Source of the DNA: Chrysomallon squamiferum
Lineage: Eukaryota; Animalia; Mollusca
Assembly: GCA_012295275.1 (NCBI GenBank)
Contig: CM022673.1
Coordinates: forward strand, 6,820,001-6,884,000
Direction of reading: 5' to 3'
DNA: 64,000 bases
Shown: piece by piece, positions 42,828 to 57,472 of the stretch
How positions within the stretch are numbered: the stretch's first letter is position 1
Layout: each line of letters begins with the position of its first letter
The notes under the pieces: model-generated
What the model was told of the DNA's origin: nothing
Databases searched by the model: none
The model's input: only the letters and a program-made list of their open reading frames with translations
Position numbers and translations under genes: made by a program

Positions 42828-43045
42828 TCGAGCGGGCTGAAATTAAGTCGTAACAATTTAAGGTTAAAGCAGGAACAATCCTGTTTATAATGAATATCGG
42901 GCTATTTCCTGTTTCAGTTTTTTACAACGAAACTGAATCAAAATTCTAATCATATATTAATATATACGTTGATATACTCTTATACCACTTTCATATGTAC
43001 GTATAAACTGTAGTGAAGTGTAAATGATTATGATAATGAATATAA

Positions 43046-43083
<38 letters not shown>

Positions 43084-43208
43084 TATTATTATTATTATTA
43101 TTTTACTTACGAAGACAGTATTGTATTTTCTGTTCAATGTTTTACTGTTAGACATTTTTGGATCTGTGTTGCATTATATATTTTTTTCTCTCATATTCTT
43201 TGTTTGGC

Positions 43209-43283
43209 ATGAACTCTGTGGATATTTTCAAAAATTCTTGTTCATCTAACACACGCAGTTGCACGGTTTCGTGTGTTTTAGAG
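43209..43283 (+). CDS. Candidate alternative first coding exon MNSVDIFKNSCSSNTRSCTVSCVLE (phase 0)
   Basis: 25 open codons from an ATG to a strong donor GAG|GTGAGT. Confidence 0.35.
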
Positions 43284-46200
43284 GTGAGTTATTCAGAAAA
43301 CTGTTCATACTTACCTATCTTAGGCTGTAGACGAGTTTTTCCCAATCTCGCCATAACAACATTTTACTTATTAACAAATACCTAATATTCGAAATCTGTG
43401 TCAGCGAAACTGTTTTATAATGCGATGAAACAAACATTTTTTTTCTATATTTAATTTATTGCTTTGTCACCTTCTTCTTATTTTTTTACTGTTTGTCTAC
43501 TCGGGTAGTAAATGCAAAAAATCGGCACAAACTGGGTCGCTTCTATAATAAATTTGAAAAAAAAAAAAAAGAAGAAATAATTAGCGTTGAAGAAACATGC
43601 ATCTGTAAAGAAGAATAACAAAATTTATAACAAGAGTTAAAAACAAGAGTTAAAAGGTTAAAAACAAAAACAACAACAAAAGAAAAAATAAAAAAAAAAA
43701 AGAAAAAGAAAAACGCATTAAAAAGAAAGAAAGAAAGAGAAAAAAAAAGCAGAATATATTTTCTTTCGAGTTAAAATAAATGATTATTCTGGATGGTAGC
43801 GGGAGGGAGATTTTTAACATAATAAAAGTAAGTAATATATTTACATTTTCGCAGTAAATACGGAGATAATTAATTATTTAGATAAATAGAGGTTGTTTTT
43901 ATATAAACTGTGCACTCGAGATTTAACTTTCTTTGTTATTATTGCAAATGTTTTTTTTTTTTTTTTGTTTTTTTTTGTTTTTTAAAAACAGAATTCTGTA
44001 TCATTTTAGTTAGGACATTAATAACGCTATTATCAACGCCGCACCTAGGTCACAGAATGGGCCACCACGTTTTAAAAATAATTGTCTTAGTCTTGAACAC
44101 AGACGTAGGCACAGACGAAAGGCACACACGTACGTAGGCACACACATAATCACACACGCATTACATACAAAAACGAATTGAGCTAGAAGAGCTGATAGCA
44201 GGTGTGAATCGTTTTAAAGTACTCAGACACTGATACAAAATCATGGCAATACACGTAGAGATAAACGCGTCAACGGGAAATAACATCCATAGAGAGATAT
44301 CCATTCTTTGTTGGTCATTATGCCGGTGAAGTAAAATTACTCAGTAGACATTATGAACAGAACCACATACTCGCGCACTTCAACAGACTGGATATACATG
44401 TATTTCTACCCACACTTGTCATTCACTCATTGTCGCACAAATCAACACACTCGTATTCACAAGCACACATATTACCATGTTTGTGAATTCTTATCTTTAA
44501 CTCAAAACAAACACGTGCCCACGCTATATACACATACAGACGTACACTACATGCATAAATACGTACATACATATATACACAAACATGCATTCAGATACAT
44601 ACTTACATACATGCATACATACTTACATATATACAAACACACATACATTCAGATATACACATACACATATCAAAACATTCATGCACGTTGCGTGCCTGTA
44701 CATAAAGCATACCTATCTACCTACCTATATAAATGTACATATGCATATAAACAAGTACACACACACACACTCAAACATTCACTCATCCATACATAATTAT
44801 ATGCACACATAAACACAGAAACTAATAATAACTGCATCAAAGAATATTCCCTTTCTTCTCTTAACTCTGTGCGCACACGTACATACATGCATGCGCAGGC
44901 ACACACAAACACACTGTCATCCACACACACACCCTCAGGGATTCATCACACTCACTGACACTCACATAAGACGGACACACAGACACTGGTCATAATACTG
45001 GCGACGGTGCGAAGTGATTTGGTACACTCGACTTAAAACAGCTGGACTCTAAAACGATAATGGAGGATTTTAAAAGTAATCTGGTTTTTGAGGCCTCGCA
45101 GTAAGAATAAAATGGGAAGTTTCACATGCTCACAACGGAGATTTTCACATGTGCGACCTATAATCCTCTTCCTTGAAAAGTAGTTCAGCTTTTAAATTTA
45201 GAGTTCAAAGGCTGCAGATACTGTATGTGTGTTACAGTTGTGTTTGAGTGCGTATGTATGTACGTATTTGTTGTGTGTATATACACCCAAACTCACTCTC
45301 TCTCTCACACACACACACATACATGCATAGACACAACATGCATCTCACATCCATAGACATACGCACACGTACAAATATATACAGGCAGACATGATGTTGA
45401 TATTGTATGACGATAAAAGTACACAGGTTTTACATTTTTTTCATAATTAATCGTCTTGTGTTCATCCTGTCGTTAACACCTTCGTACTAACATGTATTTA
45501 TATCTGTCCTCTATTATGTACACATAGCAATTATAAAAGAATTTTCGCTGCTGGTCGAGATTCATCATAAAAACAGAAAACATTTCACTCTTGAAAGATC
45601 TACTAGCTGAACATCAAGTCTCGATGAAACCAGATTTTATTTCTGTTTCTAAATTTTTTAATTAAAGATATATGGTAACTTGAACAAATACATTAAAAAC
45701 CAACTTTAATTAAAACTAATTAATAATTACTTATTGAAAAAAAAAAAAATAAAAAAAAAAAAAAAAAAAAATAAAAATAAATTCTTTCTGCGAAATATAA
45801 AACTGGCGTATTTATTTCATATTAGTATAAATGTGTAGATCTTTATTTCATCTTTATTTCTTAATTCCCTGGCGAAGTCAAACACACTGGAAACAAATTA
45901 TTTCTCTGCGCTTCGGGCAGAATCAGTAGGTTGCGCAATATGCAAGCGAATTAAAGCGTTATGGCTATATTTGAAAATTAATTATAATATTTTGTTTATA
46001 TTAAACAGACTTAAACGTTTTTAAAGTCATTACGTTGCCCTGATTTCAGACTGATCGTAAAACAGGAGACGAGTTCTGTATTATGTGCACGCGCCATAGC
46101 TAGATGTAGATATTTTTAAAAATAGTTTTAACCTGTGTAATTATATTAAGCGTAGACGCGCATTTTAAAGTAATTACGTCGCTTTTTAAAAAGTAATAAC

Positions 46201-46426
46201 GTAATTTATTTTTGCATAATGCTGGTAATTAGTTATTAGTAAATATAGATTTCTGTAAAATAATTCGGTTAGTAATGGAAATAATATTTTTCAGCATATA
46301 TATATATATATATATGTGCTAAAAAATATTACATATTTTTAAAGTTTTTAATTGTATATCCCTAAAAAGCAAACACCAAAAAAAAAAAAAAAAAAAAAAA
46401 AATCAGAAATGCAAATATACATATAA

Positions 46427-46482
<56 letters not shown>

Positions 46483-46597
46483 CACACACACACACACACA
46501 TAAATAAAATTAGGAAAGATGAAAATCATATATATATATAAAAAAAGATTAATAAAAAAGATAAAAGAAAGAAATAAAAGTTCGTGACAAGAACTAA

Positions 46598-46795
46598 AGT
46601 TTATTTAGATACACATCAAAACCTTTTTATTTGTTTATTTTGTATTTCATGCATATCTATGAGCGGAAACCCGTTACCGCTATTTATGCGAAATGTTTTT
46701 TTTATTGATAAGCAGCAAGGAACGTTCATTTATATCTTCCCATTTACAGAAACAAACACATTCCAGCCTTTGCTAAACCAGATTGTGTGAATGCG
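46598..46795 (-). mobile_element. Decayed Nin-like SINE copy
   Basis: GAGCGGAAACCCGTTACCGC...AGCAGCAAGGAACGTTCATTTATATCTTCCCATTTACAGA...GCCTTTGCTAAACCAG, similar to 49040-49190 and to the reverse complement of 6040-6150, preceded by a reverse tail. Confidence 0.6.
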
Positions 46796-47120
46796 CGCAC
46801 ATAAAAGAATTGATTCCTTCAGACCTGATTTCAAAGCAAGGCTTTTGAAACATATGGCCAAGATATACGTGATAGATCCTTCAGTTAATTAAGACGCTGA
46901 TAGATCGATTCACAAAACTTCCATCTTTCACATTATTAAATAAATTGCGTAATTGTTTTCTGAGGAGTTGAGCTCGTGCACATTAATTTAGCGAACTGAA
47001 AAATGCATAACATATAAAAGTAGAATGCAAAAAGAAAACGAAAAAAAAAAAAAAAAAAATGTGAAGGAAATAGAGAATAAAAACGTGAGAAATATGGGGA
47101 AAAATCCAATTAATGTTAAT

Positions 47121-47267
<147 letters not shown>

Positions 47268-48298
47268 AGCAAACATATCACACAAACACATTTTCAGTCT
47301 TGATCAAACAGTTTGCTTTGAAATGGGACTTATTTCCTCAGAAAAGAAAACTGAAGTGTCTTGAACAAATCTTAGACCAGTGGTTTAGCGATAGATTTTA
47401 TTTGTTTTGTTTTAATATTAAAATATGATCACTGACGTATATGTTGATACTGATTTCGTTTCATTATGGTTGTGATTAAACCAAGTTAATATAATAATAG
47501 TAAGCGAGACACAAATAAATTTTATGTTAATTTTGTTATTTTGCAGTGAACGTAATAGTGATGAAATATGCATAAGCTAAATAGTTACATAAATAGGCTG
47601 ATGTATACGTTAATTATAGTTGTATTTATGTATCGGTAAATAGTTATATTATATTATGCATTCATTTATTTTTTTATTTTTTTCCTTCATTATGTATTCA
47701 TTCGTTATGAATTCGTTGATTTATCTCTTTATTTACGATGACAAAAAGTTCAGAAGTAAATCTTGACTATTTCACGAGTAAGTGTTTTGGAAGAACAAAT
47801 TACTAAAACGTTATCATTGCTGAAGCCATTGTCCTAAACGTTTACCTCAAAGCAACGAATACAGAATGCAGACTGAAAACATCACGATTAAGGAAGCCAT
47901 TTCATCACAAAGTAATCATTGTGTTTCTTAGTTTGGGTTGGTAGATATGAGATAATGTACACTGACGTGTCATAGTGTCTAATTTTACATGCACATTTGA
48001 CATTTATCTGCTTATCTTTCAGATATGCATGTATGGGATTTCAGTTTATAAAACTGCATACACAACAAAGGATTATGTTCAATAAACTTTGTCTTTCATA
48101 TCCACTCAAAATCAAAAAAGCTTTTATGTTGTTTGCCTCATTCTTAGTCTCTTGTCCAAGTACGCTATCCTGGCTTTGTGTTATGTATTTTTAGTTTTCC
48201 TCTTACGTAGAATGCTGGTTTATTATAGAAAAAAAAGAAGAAAAAAAGAAAAAAAAATGAAGACGAAAAATAAAGTACCCATGATTTTAGATTACTGC

Positions 48299-48360
48299 TC
48301 TATAAACAAATATACGATATGACGTACTCGTCTATAAATAAATATACGATATGACGTCAT
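48299..48360. repeat. 32-bp tandem duplication whose second copy forms a palindromic CRE
   Basis: TCTATAAA(C/T)AAATATACGATATGACGT twice; ATGACGTCAT at 48351-48360. Confidence 0.85.
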
Positions 48361-48968
48361 TTGTATACATCTATGAAAATAAAAAGGTCAAATTCTATGT
48401 ATTTTTCAGCTAGCAGAGTAACACATACCTTAGTTTTTTGTCTCTGTATGGAGGAGTGTATTAATATTCTTATTTTGTTGCGAATCAAAAAATCTTAAAC
48501 TATTTTAATTCGTCGAGGCTCTGATATCTTTGAGTGTAGCCAAGTTTAATATTTTGTCCAAAATACCAGAAAGAGTTCAAACATGCCTGTCATGGGTCAC
48601 ACTGTTTCATAACCACTAGAGTTCGTACCTTGGCAAATCCTGTACCTTTACTGTTGTTAACCTTTCATCAAGAAAATATATATCATGGAACGCGATATTC
48701 TGGTATTTAGAAAACATAGTAATATGATAATCAGTGAAAAGTGGATGTAGCTACAGTTATGTAGCGGTTAATGTGAATTTTAACAAAATTATGTCCAAAA
48801 AGCTTTAACTGATGTGGAGGCTGGAAGTAAATAATTCTTGTCAATATTGACACAACATGGGGATGCATTTGGAATAATCGGGGGCGGCAGTTTAACAAGA
48901 TGAGTCCAGATTTTTTTTTTTTTTTTTTTTTTTTAATTCACTAGAACAGTATAAGGAACTGCAAAGCC

Positions 48969-49190
48969 GAATGAACATTTGTTTCATGCTGGCTTAATAA
49001 ATTTTCATTTTAGGATTATTACGATATTTCAGCTATGATAGGAGAGGAAACCCAACTTTCTGAGATGTTCTTACTATTCTGCAGAAAGTGTTACTTTAAA
49101 CAATGCATCTCAGAGACAGGACAGAATATGACTTTTGATAATCACGGATAGGCCATCACTTTTAAGGCATTGGCAGGAACGGGAAATACA
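48969..49190 (-). mobile_element. Decayed Nin-like SINE copy
   Basis: GAGAGGAAACCC...GCATCTCAGAGACAGGACAG...GCATTGGCAGGAACGGGAAATA, with the same module order as 46598-46795. Confidence 0.55.
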
Positions 49191-49592
49191 CATGTTGGTT
49201 TATTGTTATCATCGGCATTATTGGCAAGTTATATATTATATATATATATATATATATTTATTGTTACTTAAATTATATAGGATATGTGCTCAAAGGTATA
49301 CTGAAATGAAAACTAAGTAACCATCTTCGTGGGAATCTTCGTAAGTTCATTTTATTAATATTATACTTTGCTATTAGAAAGGATTGGTTTCAGGTTATAA
49401 ATAAAACGATCAGATTTGAATTAAACAGAATTTAATTACGCTGTATGTTCACAGTAAGACATCTTTTATTTTTCAATTGACGAAACTCGTTGAGATTAAT
49501 GTTTAAGATTTCTAATTATTCCTATCAGTTTTATTTTTAAAAATTTTAAATTGCTTAGACTGAGAAACCTTTATCACCGAAATGACCTCACG

Positions 49593-49629
<37 letters not shown>

Positions 49630-50177
49630 ATAACAAGCTATCTGTGACTCAGAGCGTAAAACGTTAAACGTAAAACGTTTTCACTAAAAAGCAAATCGTA
49701 TCTTCTCAGCGTGTCTTCTGACGTCGTGAAGAGCTCAAGTCAGGGGACATCACCCTGCTTCGTACGTGCTCAGCACGCGATTCAAGGTATATGCAACGAA
49801 TTCCCGCGAACACGAACCATTGCTAGAGTTTTTAAAACTTTTTAGTCAGGCTGTCGCTGTTTGCCTTTTGTCACATACAACACACACAAACATATGAAAG
49901 TCTGTCTGTTTAAAACGTAAAGAGTATATTTGTTTGTTCTTTTGCTCGACTTCGTGATGGACGTGGGTAAGTAGGTTTATGTAAGCAACATTTTTGTAAG
50001 TTTGCAAATGGAAATATTGTTTTCTTTTTATTGTCAAGAGTTTTTCATGACAATGATGGAGAAAGGGATTATGCATTAAGCATATGACGATGTAAGTATT
50101 TTATAACTATGCAAAAATTATATGATCTTATTGCATGCATAATAACGCAACTATAATGGATGTCTGTCTGCATAAGG

Positions 50178-50227
<50 letters not shown>

Positions 50228-51397
50228 ATGCATAGATGTTATGTATGAATGTATTTTTTAATGTATTTCTGTATGTATAAGTGTTTGTATGTACATGCAT
50301 AAGTATGTTTGTATTGATGAATATATATAAATATGTAAATGAATGTATATATATATAAATGTGTATATACATTTTTTTATTTGTGCATGTATGTTTTATG
50401 TACATTACACACACACACATTGGTATGTTTACACGTGAATGTTTCTGTATATTTGTATATATAAATATGTATGTACATAATTATATACAGTACATGCAAT
50501 ACGAATATATACTAACGTTACCTATATATTATTATGAAAACCAGTATTTATTTTATATATTTTTTTTTAATTGGGAGTCACATTAATCTAATTTAAATAT
50601 TAATATAAAAAAGAAAATAATTCTGTCATCAAATTAAAATTATTTAGTGACTTTGAAGATTTTTGGTTGAAACAATTCAATTATTATTATTATTTAAAAT
50701 TAAATCATAATAATATATCAGATAAATTTAGTAGTATATATTATTTTACATTGTATGATTGTTTTAATGAATTTAATTATAAATAATTTAATTTCGTATC
50801 ACATTGTACATTATTTTATTTATTTAGATATTAGTGAACTTTAAAAATATTTTTTTTTTTTTTTTTTTTTTTTTATTTTTTTCAAAATCTATCAACATTA
50901 ATAATACGGTTATATTTATGTCATGTAAATCATAATAATATATCATTTTAAATATGCTCTTTTAATTATAGACACACATATACATCAGGGCTCATTATAA
51001 AATAGTACTGAAATTGAAATACATGCAGTCTTAAATACTCGAAATTCATCAGTGTAAGAAAATAGAAACAACGACAACAACAACAACAAAAATCAATAAA
51101 TAAATAATAATAATAAAAAAAAATTAACAAGAAAACTGAAACGTTCGAAAATGGTTGTTATGATATATTTCTGTTAAATGTTGTTTTAAACGACATAGAT
51201 AGTATTATTTTTATTATGGGTCAGTAAATATAAAATTTTTCCAACGGTATTTCCTGATAAATATATATCGTGGACGAAGTAGATTATTTTTATGTAACAT
51301 AATAAAAGTATTTAACTAACTTAGTAACTAACTTTTCCATCTATCTATCTAAATAAATAAATAAATAAATAAATAACTATACTACCACTTCTACTTT

Positions 51398-51460
<63 letters not shown>

Positions 51461-52799
51461 TTCTACTTCTACTACTACTACTACAGTGGGTTCTAATAAC
51501 AATAACAATAATAATAGCAATAATAATATATTAAAAGTAATCTAAAAACAGTTATTAAATTTTAAATATTTGAAGTATAAAAATAGAGCACAAAAATATC
51601 ATGATAACTTTCTAGCCGCTAACGAAAACAGAATCGTATGTATTTCGTAATATAATTTAAATAACTGATTATTAATGTTTTATGTTTTACATATAATTAC
51701 ACATACATATAAATTCGTATATACCCGTGTCCATGAACAAAAAAAAAAAAATATAAAAAAAATAAAACAATTGAAAAAAACACAATAAATAAATAAATAA
51801 TGTTTTTTTTTTTTATTAAGAATAGTGAAATTGCGTTAAACTGAATTTTTGCATAACGTTTAATTTAATTTAATTTTTTTAATAATATATATTTGTATAT
51901 TTATTAAATAAAACATTCCTCTTATTTCCTGTTTACTTTCTATGATATTCTTATTGCCCACCAAAATAATCATATACAGGCACAAGTGGACATCGATCGT
52001 CCATACATTACTATATCAACAAAAACCACTACCACATATATTTATATTTAGAGAGAGAGAGACAGAAAGAGAGAGAGAGAGAGACAGATAGAGAGAGAGA
52101 GAGAGATAGAGAGATAGAGAGAGAGACGTATACATTCATGCACGCATGTGTATCTATCTCTCTTTTCTCTCTATATTAATGTGTATAGTAAATAGTAACT
52201 GTCTGACTATCTGCTTGTTTCTCTGTCATTATGCATTAAAAAGTATATATATGTGTATGTATATGTATATATGTGTGTGTGTCTGTGTGTAAGTCTATGT
52301 ATGTAAGCATGTAAATGGGAGTATACGTATGATTATTTTTACACACACACACACACTGACGTTCTGTTTGAATCCTGGACATATAAAAGTAAAATATTAC
52401 CTGTTTACAATTCAGATTCGACTGTTAATAGAAGTTAAGAGACTTGTTTTTAAACTTATAAAAGCATGTTTTTTTTTTTTTTTTTTTTTTTTTATCTTCC
52501 TTGGGACTCTGCGTCATAAAACTCTGTTCACATTTTATTTTTATCATAAAAAAAAAAAAAAAAATAAAAAATATAAAAAAATATAAAAAATAAATAAAAA
52601 TATAAAAAAACATAAAACAAAATATAAAAAATTAAGAACAAAAAATTCTGTGAACAAAACTGTATTAATCTTTTTTTATTTTTATTTTTTATTGCTGTTA
52701 TAAAAGTCAGTAAATTAAGATTTCTCAGCCTATCTAACTCTCTGTGTTGAGAATTCAGTGATAAATATTTCTTCTTTCATTTGTTATTCGTGTCCTTAT

Positions 52800-52970
52800 C
52801 CTGTGAAATTTTTCATCAATTCTCCATTATGTAATCATTTTAGGCTTTCGCTGTTCGAAACTGATGCTAAGTCAAGATCTCTCCTAATATAAATGTACTA
52901 GACTATTCATCTATTATGTTTATCTCTCTCTTGGAATCCTTTACAGTTCGCACATAATATTTTGAGTCCA
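52800..52970 (-). mobile_element. Possible remnant of an L1/Tx1-like LINE ORF2 endonuclease
   Basis: Minus-strand GLKILCANCKGFQERDK (52969-52919) resembles the APE-domain start LKIxSxNxxGL; a later IRRDLDL weakly recalls GDFN. Short and heavily decayed. Confidence 0.3.
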
Positions 52971-54226
52971 AAGCTTCTTTTGTATGTATACAAATGTATC
53001 CTTTCCAGTATATTGTAATTTTCAAGTTTCTTATAATCTGTAAATTTTAGCCGTTATGAATAGCTTTTTTTTTTATGAACCTTATCTTATATTTTACCTA
53101 TTCATAACTGATATTATTTCCATTAATTGTCCATCGCAGTTTCTTTCTCTAGCATGTTGTAATTTATGCAGTAAATTATCTGTCTCAACTTAAAATGACA
53201 CGGCGCCATTTGGACTAATTAATCGGCCCTAACTTTTTTCCAGTTCTAACAATTTATATAAGCGAAGCATTGTATCCAATAATGTTTCGTTGTATCTACA
53301 TCTTTTCATCAATACTGTCCGTTCTGAGAGATGTTTGTTCTATCAGTTCGTTCTTCCATCCCTACGGCCATTCATTCATCTATCCATAGATTCGTTCATA
53401 CTGTCGCATGTCCTTCGGTCTATCCTTCAGCTTTCACCTTTTTATTCCATCCATCCGTCGATCATTCATCCATCATTTCGTAATCCATCCATCTATCCTT
53501 CGATCCATCCATCCTTAAATTCGTCCGTCCATCCGTCCATCCATCGTGCTGTTATCTCATTCACCATGCACCCTTTTATCAATCACATCCTTTCACCTGA
53601 AACGTCTTGTAAACTCTAGTATGTCGACCCACATATATGTCCTATTCACCCAAGAACATCCATAGACCTATCCCTCGATCCATCATTCATCCATCCATCC
53701 ATCCGTCTATCTAAACTTTTTATTGTATTTCGTTTCATCGAGATTGCTATTTGTCTTCATTTGTCGGCTAAACATTTATTCAGTGATAACGTCAGTGTTT
53801 GCCCTTCTAAACATTCCCCCAACCTCTGACCTCTGTATGCCAAGGTCTTCATTCCTGCGATTTTCGCGTTACTCGACAAACGCATGTTGAATTTCGCCCC
53901 GAAACTAACATTAAGAGCATTTCGGCTTATCGTGTGACTCCAGAGTGAAAAAACGATGAACCTGGGCTGGTGCGGACTTGCCGCAGTGAAACAAACTCGA
54001 CTTTGGCTTGCTAAAACAGTCCAGCGGTAGGGTTGTACCGTACCAGGTGGTTACCACCGGTGAAAAGTTTTTTTTATTGGTCAGCATTTCGAACATGGAC
54101 GGTGTAAGGTAATATACATTTTCTAATTGCTGGTTGGTCATTCACTAGTTCCACTTATATATTTTAAATTTCATGTCAGTTGGCTCATTTGTCTCACAGT
54201 TAGCGATGAGGTTAAATAAAATCGCC

Positions 54227-54467
54227 AGTCAGTCAGTCAATCATCAGTCAGTCAGTCAGTCAGTCAGTCAGTCAGTCAGTCACTCAGTCAGTCTGTCAAT
54301 TTACAAGTGAGTCATTTACAGATTTATTCATTTAGTCGTTTACAGATTTATTCATTTAGTCAGTCGTTTACAGGTTTATTCATTTAGTCAGTCATTTACA
54401 GGTTTATTCATTTAGTCAGTCATTTACAGGCTTATTCATTTAGTCAGTCATTCATTCATTCAGTCAG
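54227..54467. repeat. (CAGT)n microsatellite grading into a five-copy 24-28 bp minisatellite
   Basis: Unit GTC(A/G)TTTACAG(A/G)TTTATTCATTTAGTCA at 54311-54450. Confidence 0.92.
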
Positions 54468-57402
54468 TTGATTGTCAGTCAAGGAAGCAAAACACGTAGA
54501 ACCAGGAATGAAGATTCCACATTAGTTATAAAAAAAACATTAATTGTTCAGTCATTTATTATTATTATAATTGTTGTTGTTTTTGTTGTCATCGTTGTTT
54601 TATTTATTTATTTATTTTATAATGATGGCATCTTGGGAGACTTATTTGATTTGTAAAGGATTACTGTTATGTCTATTTATACATATTCTTAAGTACGTGA
54701 TAGGAGCATTTTATACATATACACATTCACACACAAACACTGACACACACGCGCATACACACACCTATACATACACACCCCTTTACACACACACAATAAT
54801 ACATTCACCAATCCTTGATACGTGTACTAACGTTATCACTATTACAAATTTACGTGATTTACAAACAAACTTCGTGACCTTCTTATACCGGGGTTTGTCC
54901 CTCGCTATCATCCACGAACTATAATCACACTATCTCACTTCACGATCGATTAGGGATGTTGTAATTGTACAGAATTTCACCAAATATTAGTCCACTTTCG
55001 GGACAAGGCGCCCTGATCAGATAACCGAAGATGGTTAACAGTCTAGTTTATTTTAGCTGCAGGGAATGCTGCGGCGCAACTTTCTTCACGGCACCAGTCG
55101 AGTGCACACTGCAGGTGTTGGGGTTTGTGTGATATGAAATAAAATGTAAATTCTGTTATCGGTTTAAAAGTTCACACCTGTGAAATATCTATGTGCGGTG
55201 ATTTTTTTTATGCGATTTTTATTGTGTTACGGTGACAGCATTAATATTCCATATAGTCGCACTGCGAAAATGTTGTGACTTAAAGGACAAACTCTTATGT
55301 GTGTATGTAAATATGTATGTATGTGTTTATGTGTGTCTGTGTGTGTATGTATGTATGTATGTATGTATGTATGTATTTATGTAACTATGCATGTGTGTCT
55401 GTGTACAAACACACATACACACATACCTACCTTCAAAACTGCCCCTCCTAAAAGAAAACGTACCACCAGTTCACATACCGCAGTATAATTGTTGTAAAAC
55501 AAACATCATACGAAATGTATATTTTTGGAAACAAACAAACAAACAAACAAATAAATAAACAAATTAATAAATTAATAAACAAATAAATAAATAAAATAAT
55601 TTAGAATAAAATAAAATAAAATAAAATAAATAAATAAAACATTAATTTTTATCGACTACCACAAAATTGTAATAAATAAATAGATAAACAAACAAACAAA
55701 ACAAAACAAAAATGTATAAGAAACAAAAATCTTTTACAAAAAAAAAAAAAATAAAGAAAATAATAATAATAATAATAAAAACAAAATATATACATATTTT
55801 AGATTTAAAAAAATATATATTAATTTTATTTATTTATATTTGGGGTTTTATGATGAGAATTTAAATCCTTTGGACAAAAATTAACACTTAGTTAAAACAA
55901 AAGTTAATCTTCACAGTTTAAGACAGTGTATGTATGTAGACTAACTAACTTTCTACGTACGTGATCCTTCTGGAGGTTGTATTGTTTTCAAGGAGTCTTT
56001 GAAGTTGGTGTTTAAAAGCGACTCAAGCACGACTGTAGTTAATAACGACAATGTTTCAGACGTCACGTCCATTGTCTAGGCAAATCAGGCCAAAGCAAAA
56101 TAATTTTTTGTTTCATTGTTTTATTTTTTAAAATAACAATTAAAATATTTAAAATAGTAAAAATAGTTAAAATAATAAAAATATTTAAAATAATATAAAT
56201 ATTTAAAATAATATAAATATTTAAAATATAATAGAAGTATTTTAAACAAGAACAGAACTAATAATATATATATTAAATATTAAGAATAATATTATAACTG
56301 ATATATTTCAAATAATAATAAAAATTGTTTTAAAAATAACAAAAACAAAATTTTTTTAATAATTATTAAAATTAAAATCAAAATGACAAAAAAGATATAT
56401 AAATAGATTAAACCAACTGAGCAAAGCAGCAGAAAAGTGAAAAACATTATTATGAATATAAAATAACTATAGAATAAATGCAAAAATAAACAAAAAAGCA
56501 ATCAACCTCAGAAAGACAAACAAATAAACAAAACCCACCCTAAAACAAACAAATAAAATCAGAGAATAAATAAATATCAAAAAGCTAAATAAAATTAAAG
56601 AAAATAACAATCAGTAAAAAATAACACGAAACAATAAAAACGAACAAAATTTTTTTTTTTCTTTTGATTATATGACATAAATAATAAATATATAAGTGGA
56701 TCAAAGGAATGAATGAATAAAATAAATAAATAAATAAGTAACTAATTAAATAAATAAATAAAAAACTCCACAAATTTCAAAAAATTAAAAAGTAAAGAAA
56801 AACAACATATTAAAGTTTTTATATTAAATTGAAAATAATAATAATGATAATGATGATACTACTACTACTACTACTACTACTTCTATTACTACTACTAATA
56901 ATAATAAAAATAAAGAATAAAAAACTAAAATAAAGAAAATTTGCTGATTTATCAATTATAAAGTTTTTTATTTTGTTTCATTATTTTTTTTTGAATTCTT
57001 TTTTAATGTCTTTATTTCTTTGATGACCGTCCAAAATAAAGTATTGTTAGAAATCGGCGGGCAGTAAACAGTTTCTTTGAGCTGTTTGATAAATATAGAT
57101 AAATAGCTTTTGTCGAATTCAGATGAAAAGAAAACAAAAGAGATAATAAAAAGATGACTATGTCGTAAGAAAAGAAAGAAAAAAAAAAAAAAAGAAGAGA
57201 AAAATAATGGCGAGAAAAATTAATACAGTGAAATGACATTCTGTCAAATCCCAGAAAAGAACAAGAAAAAAAAAAAAGAAAGAAAAAAGAAAAGAAATTT
57301 AAATAGCAGACTGAAAATAATGACAGAGATGAAAAAGGGAACAATTTCAACAAGATCCATCCATCCCCCACACAAATCAAGCCCCGAAACTATATATTCG
57401 GT

Positions 57403-57472
<70 letters not shown>

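Noticed and set aside
54095-54115. ATGGACGGT|GTAAGG as a further phase-0 first exon; likewise MSPEGTIVMDSQ|GTAAAA near 34040-34075
   Set aside because: The donors are weak or ambiguous, and such matches are expected by chance in 64 kb.
54311-54450. CRISPR-like array
   Set aside because: The units are contiguous with no unique spacers, there are no cas genes, and the context is eukaryotic.
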